DNA from: Desulfobacterales bacterium
GTDB lineage: Bacteria > Desulfobacterota > Desulfobacteria > Desulfobacterales > UBA2174
Assembly: GCA_963668645.2 (NCBI GenBank)
Contig: CAXXWC010000013.1
Location: forward strand, 96,001 to 160,000
Direction of reading: 5' to 3'
Length of the DNA: 64,000 nucleotides
This document shows, in pieces, positions 40,514 through 50,254 of this stretch. The notes under the pieces were generated by a model. That model searched no databases. It was not told where the DNA came from and saw only the letters and a program-made list of their open reading frames with translations. Numbering within the stretch: position 1 is the stretch's first letter; the number at the start of each line of letters is the position of its first letter. The translations under genes were made by a program, and so were the position numbers.

Positions 40514-41136
40514 ATTTCGATGCCTTCATGAAGCGGGTGGAAAAGGGCGCCCGCATCCGTTCCCAGAACCAGCTTGCCGGCGCCCTGGGCATCCACCGTT
40601 CGGCCATAAGCCAGGCCAAGCGCAAGGGGGCGGTGCCGCGCCAGTGGGTTTACAAGCTGGCTGAGGCCTTCGATCTGGATGCGAACTGGCTGATGACCGG
40701 CAGAAGCGATCCGCGTTCGATAGGTGGGGACGATCTGATCTGGGTGCCGCGGGTCGAGGCCCGGCTCAGCGCGGGGGGCGGATCGTTCGAAACCGGCAGC
40801 CAGGCCAAGGACGCGATGCCGTTCAGCCGGGCCCAGCTTCAGGGGCTCGGGCCGGCCGCGGACCTGGTGATGATGGAGGTTTCAGGCGACAGCATGGAGC
40901 CTGGCATCCGGGCCGGCGACACGGTGATGATCGACCGGAGCCAGATCGCGGTGGTGGCCGGCGGGATCTTTGCGGTGGGCATCGACGATACCATCATGGT
41001 CAAACGGCTGGAAAAACGGCCCGGCAAGCTGGCCCTGATCAGCGACAACCGGGCCTACGAGACGGTGCTGATCGATTCGGCCGGGGCCAGCGTGCGGATC
41101 CTGGGCCGGGTGGTCTGGCTTCAACGGCGGGTGTGA
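40486..41136 (+). CDS. CI/LexA-like HTH + S24 autopeptidase repressor
   Basis: HTH ([17 protein letters not shown]), SAG cleavage site, GDSM serine, VKRL lysine. Confidence 0.88.
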   Translation: MVSDRDDRMNFDAFMKRVEKGARIRSQNQLAGALGIHRSAISQAKRKGAVPRQWVYKLAEAFDLDANWLMTGRSDPRSIGGDDLIWVPRVEARLSAGGGSFETGSQAKDAMPFSRAQLQGLGPAADLVMMEVSGDSMEPGIRAGDTVMIDRSQIAVVAGGIFAVGIDDTIMVKRLEKRPGKLALISDNRAYETVLIDSAGASVRILGRVVWLQRRV

Positions 41137-41158
41137 GGGGGGGGAGCGGCTTGAAAAA

Positions 41159-41185
41159 TGGATTCCGGGTCAAGCCCGGAATGAC
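41159..41185. repeat. REP-like short palindrome
   Basis: GGATTCCGGGTCAAGCCCGGAATGAC; related AGATTCCTCACTGCCGTCCGGAATGAC near 41655-41682. Confidence 0.6.
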
Positions 41186-41189
41186 GAAA

Positions 41190-41354
41190 GCGGTGGGCAT
41201 CGACGATACCATCATGGTCAAACGGCTGGAAAAGCGGCCTGGCCAGCTGACCCTGATCAGCGACAACCGGGTCTACGAGAAGGTGCTGATCGATTCGGCC
41301 GCGGCCAGCGTGCGGATCCTGGGCCGGGTAGTCTGGCTCCAGCGGCGGGTGTGA
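41190..41354 (+). pseudogene. tandem duplicate of the 3' end of the S24 repressor gene
   Basis: Near-identical to 40972-41136. Confidence 0.85.
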
Positions 41355-41727
41355 AGGGCGGGCTCCGGGCTGTGGAGGATTGTTCTCAAGGGAAGAGGAT
41401 GTTGTTGACCAATACAACTTACAGGGACGAACAGGTTGGCAGCATTGCCGGGCGTTATTCGGCCATCGCCGCACTCACGTCGGCCAATCGCAGGCACAGG
41501 GTCATGGGGTTGGATCGGCGACTCAGGAAAGCCGCAGGAGAAGATCGCAATACAGATTAACCCACATCCCAGGGCTTCGTCAAAGCCGGCATCCGCTCTC
41601 TTTGCGTGTCAGATCTTTAAATTGTCGCCGTTTCCCACCGATCTGCTCGACTTGCAGATTCCTCACTGCCGTCCGGAATGACGCTGGAAGGGAGCCGGGA
41701 TCCGCATGGTGCGTGGCCCTGCGAATT

Positions 41728-41975
41728 CGGGCTAGACATTTTCTTTGAGCACATGAAACCGAAGGGTGGCACCGGTGACCTTGCTGCGGCCGGTGTAAAG
41801 GAAGCTGGCGATCCAAAGGGCTTGCAGCAACAAAAGGATGGCCGGATGCCAGAGGGAGAGCAGGCCTGCGGTTAAATCGGGCATCGCCTGGCCGGGTGAA
41901 AGAGGTGCTGCGCCGATGACCAGGCCATAGGCTGCCGCAAGCAGGGCCATCTTCTGATAGGCGCTGATGCGGCCC
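41728..41975 (-). pseudogene. duplicated 3' end of the Lgt-like gene
   Basis: Diverged direct repeat of 48183-48429, encoding nearly the same C-terminus. Confidence 0.85.
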
Positions 41976-42253
41976 TATCGAGAGGGCTTTCGCGTTAGGT
42001 CAACTATGTGAAAGCTATACACAGGCCCCGGCCAAGGTATATTTTTGTTTGGGTTTAGATAGATTCGTTGGTATTATATGAACAAAGGGATAGAAAAAAG
42101 GAGATGAAAATCAGCGGGGTTACAGCTAAGAGAGCCCAATTGATATAGCTGCCATGTAATAACTAGTTCGCCCCTGATCAATCACAAGGGCTTACATGAT
42201 AGAAATATTGCGAAAAACAACTATGATCCTGCGCACCACAATTGGGGTAAATT

Positions 42254-43093
42254 ATGAATAAACTAAAAAAAAATAGGGTCGGAGTGCGGAAGACTCGTCC
42301 ATTACGAGACCCTAAGGGTTCCCGGTGCGGCTTCAGGCAAATGGTGCTTTTTGCGATTATCCTTTATCTGGCCGCGCCGTGCACGGCCGCAGGCCAATCT
42401 TTGATCATCGTTTCAGATCCTTACCCACCACTCGGGTATGTGAAAGACGGAAAGATCGTAGGATTTACGGTAGACCTCATTAAATTGCTTTTGAAGCGAA
42501 CTGGAATTGATGGCAGATTTGTCATGTATCCTTGGGCCCGGGCGTACGAAATGGCCCAGAAAAAGAAAGACGTTCTCATCTACCAACTGTCGTATTCAAA
42601 AGAAAGAGACCGCCTGTTTTACCTCGTTGGCCCCATCTTGCATGAGAGCGAATACCTTTTCAAATTGAAGAAAAGGAAAGATATTATAGTGAAAGATTTG
42701 ACAGATGCGAAAAGATACCTTGTCGGTACGGTCAGGGGCTATCATCATCACAAATATCTTCTAGAAAACGGATTTCAGGAAGGGAAAAACCTTGAAACCA
42801 CCTATGGCGACGAGATGAATATTAAGAAGCTAGAATCTGGAAGAATCGACCTGATGATTGCATCTGAAATTGCTTTTTCTTACCGGGTTGCAGAGTTGGG
42901 TTACCATAGAGATGATTATGAGAAAATTATAGTGGTCATATCCAATGATTCATACATCGCCTTCAGCAGACAGACGTCGCCAAATGTGGTTTCACAGTTC
43001 ACAAAGGCGTTGGAGGCTGCGAAAAAGGACGGCAGCTATAACAGCATCTTACAACAATACGGTGTTCACCCCTCAGAAGAGAAAGCGGACTGA
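42254..43093 (+). CDS. family 3 (amino-acid type) solute-binding protein
   Basis: YPPLGY..GFTVDL, YPWARA, GRIDL, KKDGSY..I; real start may be 42341. Confidence 0.85.
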   Translation: MNKLKKNRVGVRKTRPLRDPKGSRCGFRQMVLFAIILYLAAPCTAAGQSLIIVSDPYPPLGYVKDGKIVGFTVDLIKLLLKRTGIDGRFVMYPWARAYEMAQKKKDVLIYQLSYSKERDRLFYLVGPILHESEYLFKLKKRKDIIVKDLTDAKRYLVGTVRGYHHHKYLLENGFQEGKNLETTYGDEMNIKKLESGRIDLMIASEIAFSYRVAELGYHRDDYEKIIVVISNDSYIAFSRQTSPNVVSQFTKALEAAKKDGSYNSILQQYGVHPSEEKAD

Positions 43094-43304
43094 CTCAACA
43101 GGCCCAATAAGGATTGCATCATTGCCGGTTCTTGTAGAGAGCAAGGAGAGCCTTTCTAATAGGGCACGCGCAGGATTGGAGTGTTGCAGTTCCGTACGAG
43201 ACACTGCGGAGGGGTAGTACTTCAAATTAGAAGACAAATGTTGCAAGAGACCTTGTGCCACGACGCACCGGGTGTGTGCCACATTCTCCAGGGAGGGATC
43301 AGAA

Positions 43305-45503
43305 ATGCACGGCTCACAAAGCGGTGAAAACAACCCTTGCAGGGAGTCAGCACCGAAGAATGGCGCACGGTATCACTCCATATCCAGGCGACTTGCCATG
43401 GGCCTTGCAATATCAGTGGGTCTGGTCTCCGCTATCACGATTCTGGCGCTCTATCTGGGGGAGATCCATGCAGAGGAAGCCGACCTGATAAGGAAGGCTG
43501 ACGTATACAGGGACTATCTTGTCGGCGCACTTGAGCTGCCAGTGTGGAACTATGACAACCCCACGGTTGAGGCAATATGCAGAGCTTTTTTACAGAATGA
43601 GCTTGCTTTGGGTGTTGTGATTAAGAATGCGTCGGCCTCGGTCATTCATGCCATTGGAAAAACAAGAGATCCAGATGGGATCACCAGAGAAGGCAAAATC
43701 TACCACCAAGGTGAACTGTTGGGGCAAGTGGAGATCTATTTTACAAAACGATACGTGAAAGAAGCCGGGCGCACGCTATTGTATTCATACGCGACAACCA
43801 TGCTATTGGTTTTGATTTCTCTTGTGCTCCTCACACATCTGTTTGTGCGCAAATTCTTGAAGAAACCCATTAACGCCCTCAATCTGATTGTTCGCCCTTA
43901 CAGTGAAGGGATATACGATTTGCCCTCGGCCGAGCTTCCCTATGTCGAGTTTCAGGCATTCAGGACAACACTTGCCCAGATGGGAGAAACCATAAGGGGG
44001 CAGATGAAGGAATTGAGGACACATCGCAACCATCTCGAAGACCTGGTTAAGGAGCGGACTTCCGAATTAATCGAGGCTAAGGAACAGGCAGAGAAAGCAA
44101 ACCGCGCCAAAAGCGTGTTCCTGGCTAATATGAGTCATGAATTACGCACGCCCCTCAATGCGGTGCTGGGATTTTCGCAAGTGATGAAGAATGCCGCGGA
44201 CGTCACCGCCGAACAGAAAGAGAACTTGGACATCATCACCCGTAGCGGCGAACACCTGCTGAACCTGATCAACAACGTGCTGAACATATCCAGGATCGAG
44301 TCGGGCCAGGTGGAACTTGAGGAGTCTCATTTCGATCTTACCCAGCTGATACAGGAAATAAAATCGTTGATGTATGTGCGCGCCAATGAGAAAGGGCTGG
44401 AGTTCACGCTGGAGCAGTCGCTGGACCTTCCCCGGTATGTTGCCGTAGATGGGGGCAAACTGCGGCAGGTATTAATCAACCTGATCGGCAATGCCATTAA
44501 GTATACAAGTCAGGGCGGAGTGTTGCTTCGGACCAGGGTTGCACAGCAAGAGACCGCCGGGCAGGTGGGCGTTGGATTTGAGGTCGAGGATACCGGGCCC
44601 GGAATCCGCCAGGAGGACCGGGAATGCATCTTTTCCCCTTTTATGCAATTGGGAGAGCAACCGGTTGTGGAAACGGGAACCGGCCTGGGATTGACCATCT
44701 GCAAGCAGTATGTGGAGCTCATGGGCGGAACCATCGGTATTGGCGGGGAGCCGGGCAAAGGCTCGGTCTTCCATTTGGAGATACCCGTTGCCGTGCTTCC
44801 GCCAGAGGCGATTCCATCTGCTCCGAGGCGCGGCCGCGTGATAGGGCGGGCGGAAGGGCAACCGCGATATCGTCTGCTCATCGCCGAAGACCACCCGGAA
44901 AACCGCCTGCTGCTTCGCAAGCTGCTGGAGCCGCTGGGTTTTGATCTCCAAGAAGCGGTCAATGGACAAGAAGCCGTTGCCCTGTTCGAAGAGTGGCGGC
45001 CCCATCTGATATGGATGGACATTCGCATGCCGGTCATGGACGGGCTGGAAGCCACCCGTCGCATCAAGGCAACCGATGCCGGGGCTCAAACAAGGATTGT
45101 CGCCCTTACCGCCCATGCCCTTGAAGAGGAACGGCGTGAGGTCCTGGCAGCCGGGTGTGACGACTTCATCCGCAAGCCGTATCGCGAGGTCGAGATACTC
45201 GATGCTCTGACGAAACACCTTGGCGTGCACTTTGTCTATGAAGAAGAGATGCCCCAGGCTGCTGATGCGCTGGAAATGGATGCAACAGTCTTGGCCGGAC
45301 TGCCCGATGCCTTGATCAATGAACTGAGAAAGGCGCTTATCCGGCTCGACATTGACGGGGTGAGCCGAACGATTGAAGAGATACGCGCCCATAATTCCCT
45401 TTTGGCGAATGCACTGGCTGCTGTCGCCAAAGACCTTCAATTCGGTCGGATACTGCACTTGATTGGCTCTACCAATGGTGAAAGCCCGGAGGAGAAAACA
45501 TGA
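43305..45503 (+). CDS. membrane hybrid sensor histidine kinase (HK-REC)
   Basis: FLANMSHELRTPLN, NLIGNAIKYT, DTGPGI, GTGLGL, WMDIRMP. Confidence 0.92.
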   Translation: MHGSQSGENNPCRESAPKNGARYHSISRRLAMGLAISVGLVSAITILALYLGEIHAEEADLIRKADVYRDYLVGALELPVWNYDNPTVEAICRAFLQNELALGVVIKNASASVIHAIGKTRDPDGITREGKIYHQGELLGQVEIYFTKRYVKEAGRTLLYSYATTMLLVLISLVLLTHLFVRKFLKKPINALNLIVRPYSEGIYDLPSAELPYVEFQAFRTTLAQMGETIRGQMKELRTHRNHLEDLVKERTSELIEAKEQAEKANRAKSVFLANMSHELRTPLNAVLGFSQVMKNAADVTAEQKENLDIITRSGEHLLNLINNVLNISRIESGQVELEESHFDLTQLIQEIKSLMYVRANEKGLEFTLEQSLDLPRYVAVDGGKLRQVLINLIGNAIKYTSQGGVLLRTRVAQQETAGQVGVGFEVEDTGPGIRQEDRECIFSPFMQLGEQPVVETGTGLGLTICKQYVELMGGTIGIGGEPGKGSVFHLEIPVAVLPPEAIPSAPRRGRVIGRAEGQPRYRLLIAEDHPENRLLLRKLLEPLGFDLQEAVNGQEAVALFEEWRPHLIWMDIRMPVMDGLEATRRIKATDAGAQTRIVALTAHALEEERREVLAAGCDDFIRKPYREVEILDALTKHLGVHFVYEEEMPQAADALEMDATVLAGLPDALINELRKALIRLDIDGVSRTIEEIRAHNSLLANALAAVAKDLQFGRILHLIGSTNGESPEEKT

Positions 45504-48040
45504 GTGAAGAAATGGCCGCCAGACACTCCGACAGGATATTGGTTGTAGACGACACCGCCGCCAATCTCAGGCTCTTGACGGATCTTTTGACAGAGCAAGG
45601 CTATACGGTGCATCCGGCCTCCGACGGCAAATTGGCGCTGAAATTCGTCCAGTCGACCCTACCCGACATCATTTTGCTGGACATCCGGATGCCGGGTTTG
45701 GACGGGTATGAGGTCTGCCGGCGGCTCAAGGCGGAGGTGAGGACGCGATCCATTCCCGTCATCTTCATCAGTATCCTGGAAGATGAACGTGACAAGGTGA
45801 AAGGATTTCAGGCCGGAGGAGTGGATTACATTACCAAGCCTTTTCAGCCGGAAGAAGTTTTGGCCAGAATCAGAACCCATCTGCAATTGCGAGATCTGAC
45901 CGTTCGGCTGGAACAGAAGGTCGTCGAACGCACTAGGGATTTGGAGACAGCCAATCAACAGTTGCTGCAGGAAATCGCCGAGCGCAAGCAGGCAGAGGAG
46001 TCCCTGAAGCGTTCGCAAGAGGAAAAGACCATCCTGAATCAAATTGCCAACATCTTTCTGACCATCTCTCACGAAGCGATGTACGGGGAAGTTTTGGCGG
46101 TCGTCCTTCGGGTGATGAAAAGCAAGTTCGGTATCTTCGGCTATATAGGGGAGACCGGGGACCTGATCGTGCCAAGCTTGACCAGGGGGATCTGGGATAT
46201 GTGCCAGGTTCCCGGCAAGTCGATCATCTTTCCATCGAATTCCTGGGGAAAAAGCCTCTGGGGCAGAGCGATCCGGGAGAAAAAGGCCTTCTATTCGGAA
46301 GGCCCCTTTCAAACACCCGCAGGGCACATTCGCATTGATGACTTTCTTACGGTACCGATCGTCTATGGAAATGAAGCCATCGGGCTGATTTCCGTGGCCA
46401 ACAAGGAAGGGGGATACACAGAGGAATACAGGGAGTTGCTGGAGCGCATCGCCTCCAGAGTCTCGCCCATCCTACATGCCAGATTGCAAAGCGACATCCA
46501 GGAAAGGAGGCGTGTAGAGGCTGAGAAAGACCTGAAGGAATCAGAAGAAAAATATCGTTTTCTGATTACGAATGCCGGTGAGGCCATCTTCATTGTCCAG
46601 GATGAGGTCGTAAAATTTCCGAATCCTAAAGCTATTGAAATGATAGGTTATTCTGCACGAGAGCTCCTTGAAATGCTTTTCGTCGACCTCATTCACCCGG
46701 GAGACAGGGATATGGTTCTTGAAGGACATTCGCGGTTGCTGGCGGCAGAGCGCCCCCCGGACGCATATCCTTTCAGAATCATAGATAAAAAAGGTATGGA
46801 AATGTGGGGTCAACTCACCGCCGCGCCCATTATCTGGGAGAAAAAGCCGGGTATTCTCTGTTTTGTCAGAGATGTAACGGAGGAAAAGAAGCTGGAAGCC
46901 CAGCTCATGCAGGCCCAGAAAATGGAAGCCGTGGGGCGGCTCGCAGGAGGCGTGGCTCACGATTTCAACAACATGCTTACGGTGATCATCGGACATACGG
47001 GATTGGCGCTCATGGAGATTGCTCCTTCGGATCCACTCCATGAACAGCTTCGGGAGATCCATGAGGCCGCACGGCGGTCGGCCGACCTCACCCGGCAACT
47101 GCTGGCTTTCGCACGCAAGCAGACCATCGCCCCGAAAGTTCTGAATTTGAACGACACTCTGTCGGGCATGCTCAACATGCTGCGCCGGCTCATCGGCGAA
47201 GACATCGACTTGGCCTGGAGGCCGGGGGACAAGCTGTGGGACGTCAAGATGGATCCCAGCCAGATCGACCAGGTGCTGGCGAACCTATGCATCAATGCCC
47301 GCGACGCGGTCGCCGAGATAGGCAAGGTCATCATCGAGACGGGCAACACCGTTTTAGACGAGGCTTATTGCGCCTGCCATGCGGGCTCTGTTCCGGGGGA
47401 GTATGTTCTGCTTGCCGTGAGCGACGACGGTTGCGGCATGGACGAAATAACACAGGCGCATCTGTTCGAGCCTTTCTTCACCACCAAGGCCAGGGGCCAA
47501 GGCACCGGCCTGGGGCTGGCCACAGTATATGGCATCGTCAAGCAAAACGAAGGTTTCATCAACGTGTGCAGCGAACCAGGACAAGGAACGACGTTCAGAC
47601 TCTATTTTCCCCGCAACAGGGCCGAACCCAACGGGACCATTCAGGAAAGTGCTGTGGAAATACCGCGCGGGGGAGGAGGGGAAACAGTATTGGTGGTCGA
47701 GGATGAAAAGGCGATTTTGGATTTAGGCAAGAGGGTCCTCGAAAAATTGGGATATACGGTGCTGACCGCCAGGACACCGGGAGAGGCGATACGCCTGGTC
47801 GAAACGCATTCAGGCGATATTCACCTGCTGCTCATCGATGTGGTGCTGCCAGAGATGAACGGGCGGGATTTGGCGGAACGGATCGATGCTATCAAGCCAG
47901 GCCTCAAACACCTGTACATGTCCGGCTACACGACCAACGTAATCGCCCATCGAGGAGTGCTGGAGGAGGGCGTTCATTTCATCCAGAAGCCGTTTACAAT
48001 GCAGGACCTGGTGGCCAAAGTGCGCGAAGTGCTAGATTAA
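45500..48040 (+). CDS. hybrid kinase REC-GAF-PAS-HK-REC
   Basis: N- and C-terminal REC domains, AHDFNNML, FEPFFTTK, GTGLGL; ATGA overlap with the upstream kinase. Confidence 0.92.
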   Translation: MSEEMAARHSDRILVVDDTAANLRLLTDLLTEQGYTVHPASDGKLALKFVQSTLPDIILLDIRMPGLDGYEVCRRLKAEVRTRSIPVIFISILEDERDKVKGFQAGGVDYITKPFQPEEVLARIRTHLQLRDLTVRLEQKVVERTRDLETANQQLLQEIAERKQAEESLKRSQEEKTILNQIANIFLTISHEAMYGEVLAVVLRVMKSKFGIFGYIGETGDLIVPSLTRGIWDMCQVPGKSIIFPSNSWGKSLWGRAIREKKAFYSEGPFQTPAGHIRIDDFLTVPIVYGNEAIGLISVANKEGGYTEEYRELLERIASRVSPILHARLQSDIQERRRVEAEKDLKESEEKYRFLITNAGEAIFIVQDEVVKFPNPKAIEMIGYSARELLEMLFVDLIHPGDRDMVLEGHSRLLAAERPPDAYPFRIIDKKGMEMWGQLTAAPIIWEKKPGILCFVRDVTEEKKLEAQLMQAQKMEAVGRLAGGVAHDFNNMLTVIIGHTGLALMEIAPSDPLHEQLREIHEAARRSADLTRQLLAFARKQTIAPKVLNLNDTLSGMLNMLRRLIGEDIDLAWRPGDKLWDVKMDPSQIDQVLANLCINARDAVAEIGKVIIETGNTVLDEAYCACHAGSVPGEYVLLAVSDDGCGMDEITQAHLFEPFFTTKARGQGTGLGLATVYGIVKQNEGFINVCSEPGQGTTFRLYFPRNRAEPNGTIQESAVEIPRGGGGETVLVVEDEKAILDLGKRVLEKLGYTVLTARTPGEAIRLVETHSGDIHLLLIDVVLPEMNGRDLAERIDAIKPGLKHLYMSGYTTNVIAHRGVLEEGVHFIQKPFTMQDLVAKVREVLD

Positions 48041-48185
48041 TAGTCGTCCAGCAGCAGCAGAGAAAGTGGTTTCAGCTAATCAGGTTCACGCTGCCGGTGC
48101 GAAATGGGCCATCGCCTTATCATGACTGATGGTGCCGGTACGAGCCGCAGCTTTAGGGGTGTGCGAGCATTAAGAGTTTTGGGGG

Positions 48186-49235
48186 CTATACGTTTTCTTT
48201 GATCACGTGAAAATTGAGGGTAGCCGACGTGACCTTGCTGCGGCCGGTGTAAAGGAAGCTGGCGATCCACAGGGCTTGCAGCAGCAGAAGGATGGCCGGG
48301 TGCCAGAGGGAGAGCAGGCCTGCGGTTAAATCGGGTACCGGCAGGCCGGGTGAAAGGGGTGCTGCGCCGATGACCAGGCCATAGGCTGCCGCGAGCAGCG
48401 CCATTTTCTGGTAGACGCTGATGCGGCCCCGGCCCCGGTAGTCGGCGCGGGTGAATTCGGAAACAAAGCGCCAGAGCTGGGTGGCGAGAAGCGGTACGAG
48501 AAAAGCGGTGCGAAAGTAGCCTTTAAGAAAGAGGTAGGCCCCGATCAGGGCTGCGGTGCAGTAGATGGTGGCGGTAATGGCCTGGACCGGAAAGATCTCG
48601 CGGCCCTGGAGGCCGCCGGCATAGGCGATTTTCTTGGTGGCGCCGGTAAACACGAAGGCGTGGCCGGCAAAGAGGCGGCGCAGGATGGGATGCACTTCTT
48701 CCATGGGCTTTCCGTAGCAGCATCCGAAGCTGATGCAGGCCAGGCGCCCGATTCCCTCGCCCAGGGCGTAGGCCGTGGCCAGGGCTGCCATCACCGGCAT
48801 GACCGGCAGATCGAAGGGGCCGCCAGCGCCGATGCGGCCCAGGAGCAGGATCGCCGACGGCGCGATCAGGATGCCCAGAAAAGCTGCTCCTCCCACCGAG
48901 AAGGTGTAGCGCTTTTTTTCCACGATGCGGGCCACGAGGCTCGAAGCCGGCATGCAAACCCCCAGGATCAGCAGCGTAAAGAGCAGCGTGACGCGGGCCG
49001 GGACCCCCAGGGCACCGAGCAGCATGAAAACCGTGCCCGTGGCCAGGGTGTAGGCATTGGCGTTGAAGACCCCGTAGAAGGTCAGGTTGGTGCCGCTCCA
49101 GCATCCATCCTCATGCCGGCATGCGGGCAGGGCGGCCAGGATCTGCCAGTTTTCCCGGGGCAGGGTGCGAAAGGCCCAGGCCAGCAGGAGGCCCAGGAGC
49201 AGGGCGGCAACGGCGATGAAGAGTTCCGGATTCAT
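48186..49235 (-). CDS. divergent prolipoprotein diacylglyceryl transferase (Lgt)-family membrane protein
   Basis: FYG, GRLACISFGCCYGKP, PVQ, RFVSEFTRAD; start overlaps the psd-like stop (ATGA). Confidence 0.78.
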   Translation of the reverse strand: MNPELFIAVAALLLGLLLAWAFRTLPRENWQILAALPACRHEDGCWSGTNLTFYGVFNANAYTLATGTVFMLLGALGVPARVTLLFTLLILGVCMPASSLVARIVEKKRYTFSVGGAAFLGILIAPSAILLLGRIGAGGPFDLPVMPVMAALATAYALGEGIGRLACISFGCCYGKPMEEVHPILRRLFAGHAFVFTGATKKIAYAGGLQGREIFPVQAITATIYCTAALIGAYLFLKGYFRTAFLVPLLATQLWRFVSEFTRADYRGRGRISVYQKMALLAAAYGLVIGAAPLSPGLPVPDLTAGLLSLWHPAILLLLQALWIASFLYTGRSKVTSATLNFHVIKENV

Positions 49236-50254
49236 CCAGTTTCCTTTCTCAAGGCGATGGGGCTGCGGACCGCCACGTCGGTTTCCACCAGGGGACGGCC
49301 GAAGTGAAGACTGAAGCGGCTGCGGGCCGCGGCGTGCAGGGTGTTGGCGCGAAGATCCGCGCAAAAATCGACCCGCCCCGGCACAAAGAGCAGCACGTCC
49401 ACCGACGAGCCGGGGCGGAACAGGCTTTTGGGCCGGCCCCGTTCGAGGAACATGCCGGCGGTTACCGGAGCAGGATTTTCGTAGCCCCGGGTGCTGTAGC
49501 ACTGGACGATGTCGCCGATCATCAGGGCCACGATCTCCACCATGGCCACCGGCCCCACGCCGGTGCCGCCGGGAACGTCGGTATCGATGATCGTCACCAC
49601 GCGCCGGTTCTTCGAGTAGGGCGTCACCTGGCGTACCACCGCGCCGGGGTTGCACGAATGAAAATCCCCCTCCAGCAGGTAGATGTCCGTGACCCGGCCG
49701 GAGACCGGTACGTGGTTGTAGTGGTACTTGTCCGGGGTCAGGCGCAGGATGGCTGCGTCGCCGCCCCTGAACAGGTCCCGCCATTGCGGTTTGCCCGGCC
49801 CGAGCAGCTCGTCGAAGTCGAAGAACTTTTCCTTGATGAAAAACAGCGAATTTTCCTTCAGGGAAACCACCAGCAGGCGGGCGTCGGCCGGCGCCGCCAC
49901 CGCGGCCGGATCTTGGGGCAGGGGGCGCCGGTCCCAGTAGCGGATGCGGCGTTCGAAGAGGCGACGCGGAGAGGCCAGGGCCGCATCCGGATCGCAGCAC
50001 TCGGAAAGATCGATACCCAGGGTGCGGGCCAGACGCCGGGCCGCGGCCCGGCGCGAGCCGAGGGGGAGATCGTAGTTGACCCATCCGAGCAGGCGGCTGG
50101 TGCGCGCCGCGGTCAGGGCCTTGAACAGGGCCGGCATCCGTTCGCGGCCCGGGTTGTACATCAGATTGATGAGCCGGTCGGCCAGAAGCGCTTCGGATTT
50201 CACCGCACCGCTGGCGCGGTCGATGTATTGATGCATGGGCAAGGTGTGGATCAT
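49232..50254 (-). CDS. phosphatidylserine decarboxylase family (pyruvoyl) proenzyme
   Basis: APADAR, IKE, RLTPDKYHYNHVP, NRR, FRPGSS self-cleavage motif; ATGA overlap with the upstream gene. Confidence 0.85.
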   Translation of the reverse strand: MIHTLPMHQYIDRASGAVKSEALLADRLINLMYNPGRERMPALFKALTAARTSRLLGWVNYDLPLGSRRAAARRLARTLGIDLSECCDPDAALASPRRLFERRIRYWDRRPLPQDPAAVAAPADARLLVVSLKENSLFFIKEKFFDFDELLGPGKPQWRDLFRGGDAAILRLTPDKYHYNHVPVSGRVTDIYLLEGDFHSCNPGAVVRQVTPYSKNRRVVTIIDTDVPGGTGVGPVAMVEIVALMIGDIVQCYSTRGYENPAPVTAGMFLERGRPKSLFRPGSSVDVLLFVPGRVDFCADLRANTLHAAARSRFSLHFGRPLVETDVAVRSPIALRKETG

